Positions 63,994 to 64,000 of a stretch of 64,000 nt of DNA are shown here, one piece after another (positions within the stretch are counted from its first letter, which is position 1; the number at the start of each line of letters is the position of its first letter). Below the pieces are notes generated by a model. It was given only the letters and a program-made list of their open reading frames with translations, was not told where the DNA came from and searched no databases. The DNA comes from Hemiscyllium ocellatum (lineage: Eukaryota). Location: assembly GCF_020745735.1 (NCBI RefSeq), contig NC_083409.1, forward strand, positions 13,515,259 through 13,579,258, read 5' to 3'. The position numbers were made by a program, and so were the translations under genes.

Positions 63994-64000
63994 GTTGTTA
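61909..64000 (+). repeat. Near-identical direct copy of positions 1-2092 (offset 61908)
   Basis: All ORF pairs are offset by exactly 61908. Their translations differ only at one site (T289 versus G62197). Inactivating stops and frameshifts are shared, and the match continues a few bases past the LINE tail (ttgtta). Confidence 0.95.

Noticed and set aside
1-64000. Signal joint (CACTGTGCACAGTG) left by the V-J join
   Set aside because: None seen by eye. V and J share orientation, so a deletional join would have excised it.

Overview
Eukaryotic, repeat-dominated DNA from a cartilaginous fish. The immunoglobulin sequences and the HE1-type SINE/CR1/Penelope repertoire point to a shark, probably orectolobiform; this is recognition from memory, not a database result. 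The only host gene is an immunoglobulin kappa-type (shark type III, nurse-shark NS4-like) light-chain locus on the minus strand. Cluster 1 has a promoter (PU-box, variant octamer, TATA), a leader exon (25152-25104), a V already fused to J with no RSS (24917-24589), a 9.9-kb intron, an intact C exon (14673-14345) and a polyA signal. The V-J junction is out of frame and puts a TAA exactly at the joint. A second, frameshifted C exon (54287-53956) lies in a diverged duplicate of the C region. Its J-C intron is cut at about 57870 and fused to inverted 3'-flank DNA, and it has no V or J in the window. The first 2092 bp of the window recur almost exactly at 61909-64000 (offset 61908), which means either a very recent tandem duplication or a false haplotype duplication across the 13-N gap at 51240-51252. 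Most of the rest is nested transposon debris: CR1, L2-like, Penelope-like, Tx1, a Gmr1-like Gypsy, HE1 SINEs and a probable solo LTR. A few unique islands look regulatory, notably an EICE/E-box/RUNX cluster near 30.9 kb and a 162-bp near-identical inverted island at 2.5 kb and 59.3 kb. Coordinates of Ig exons, splice sites and motifs were counted base by base; transposon boundaries are approximate and read by eye.
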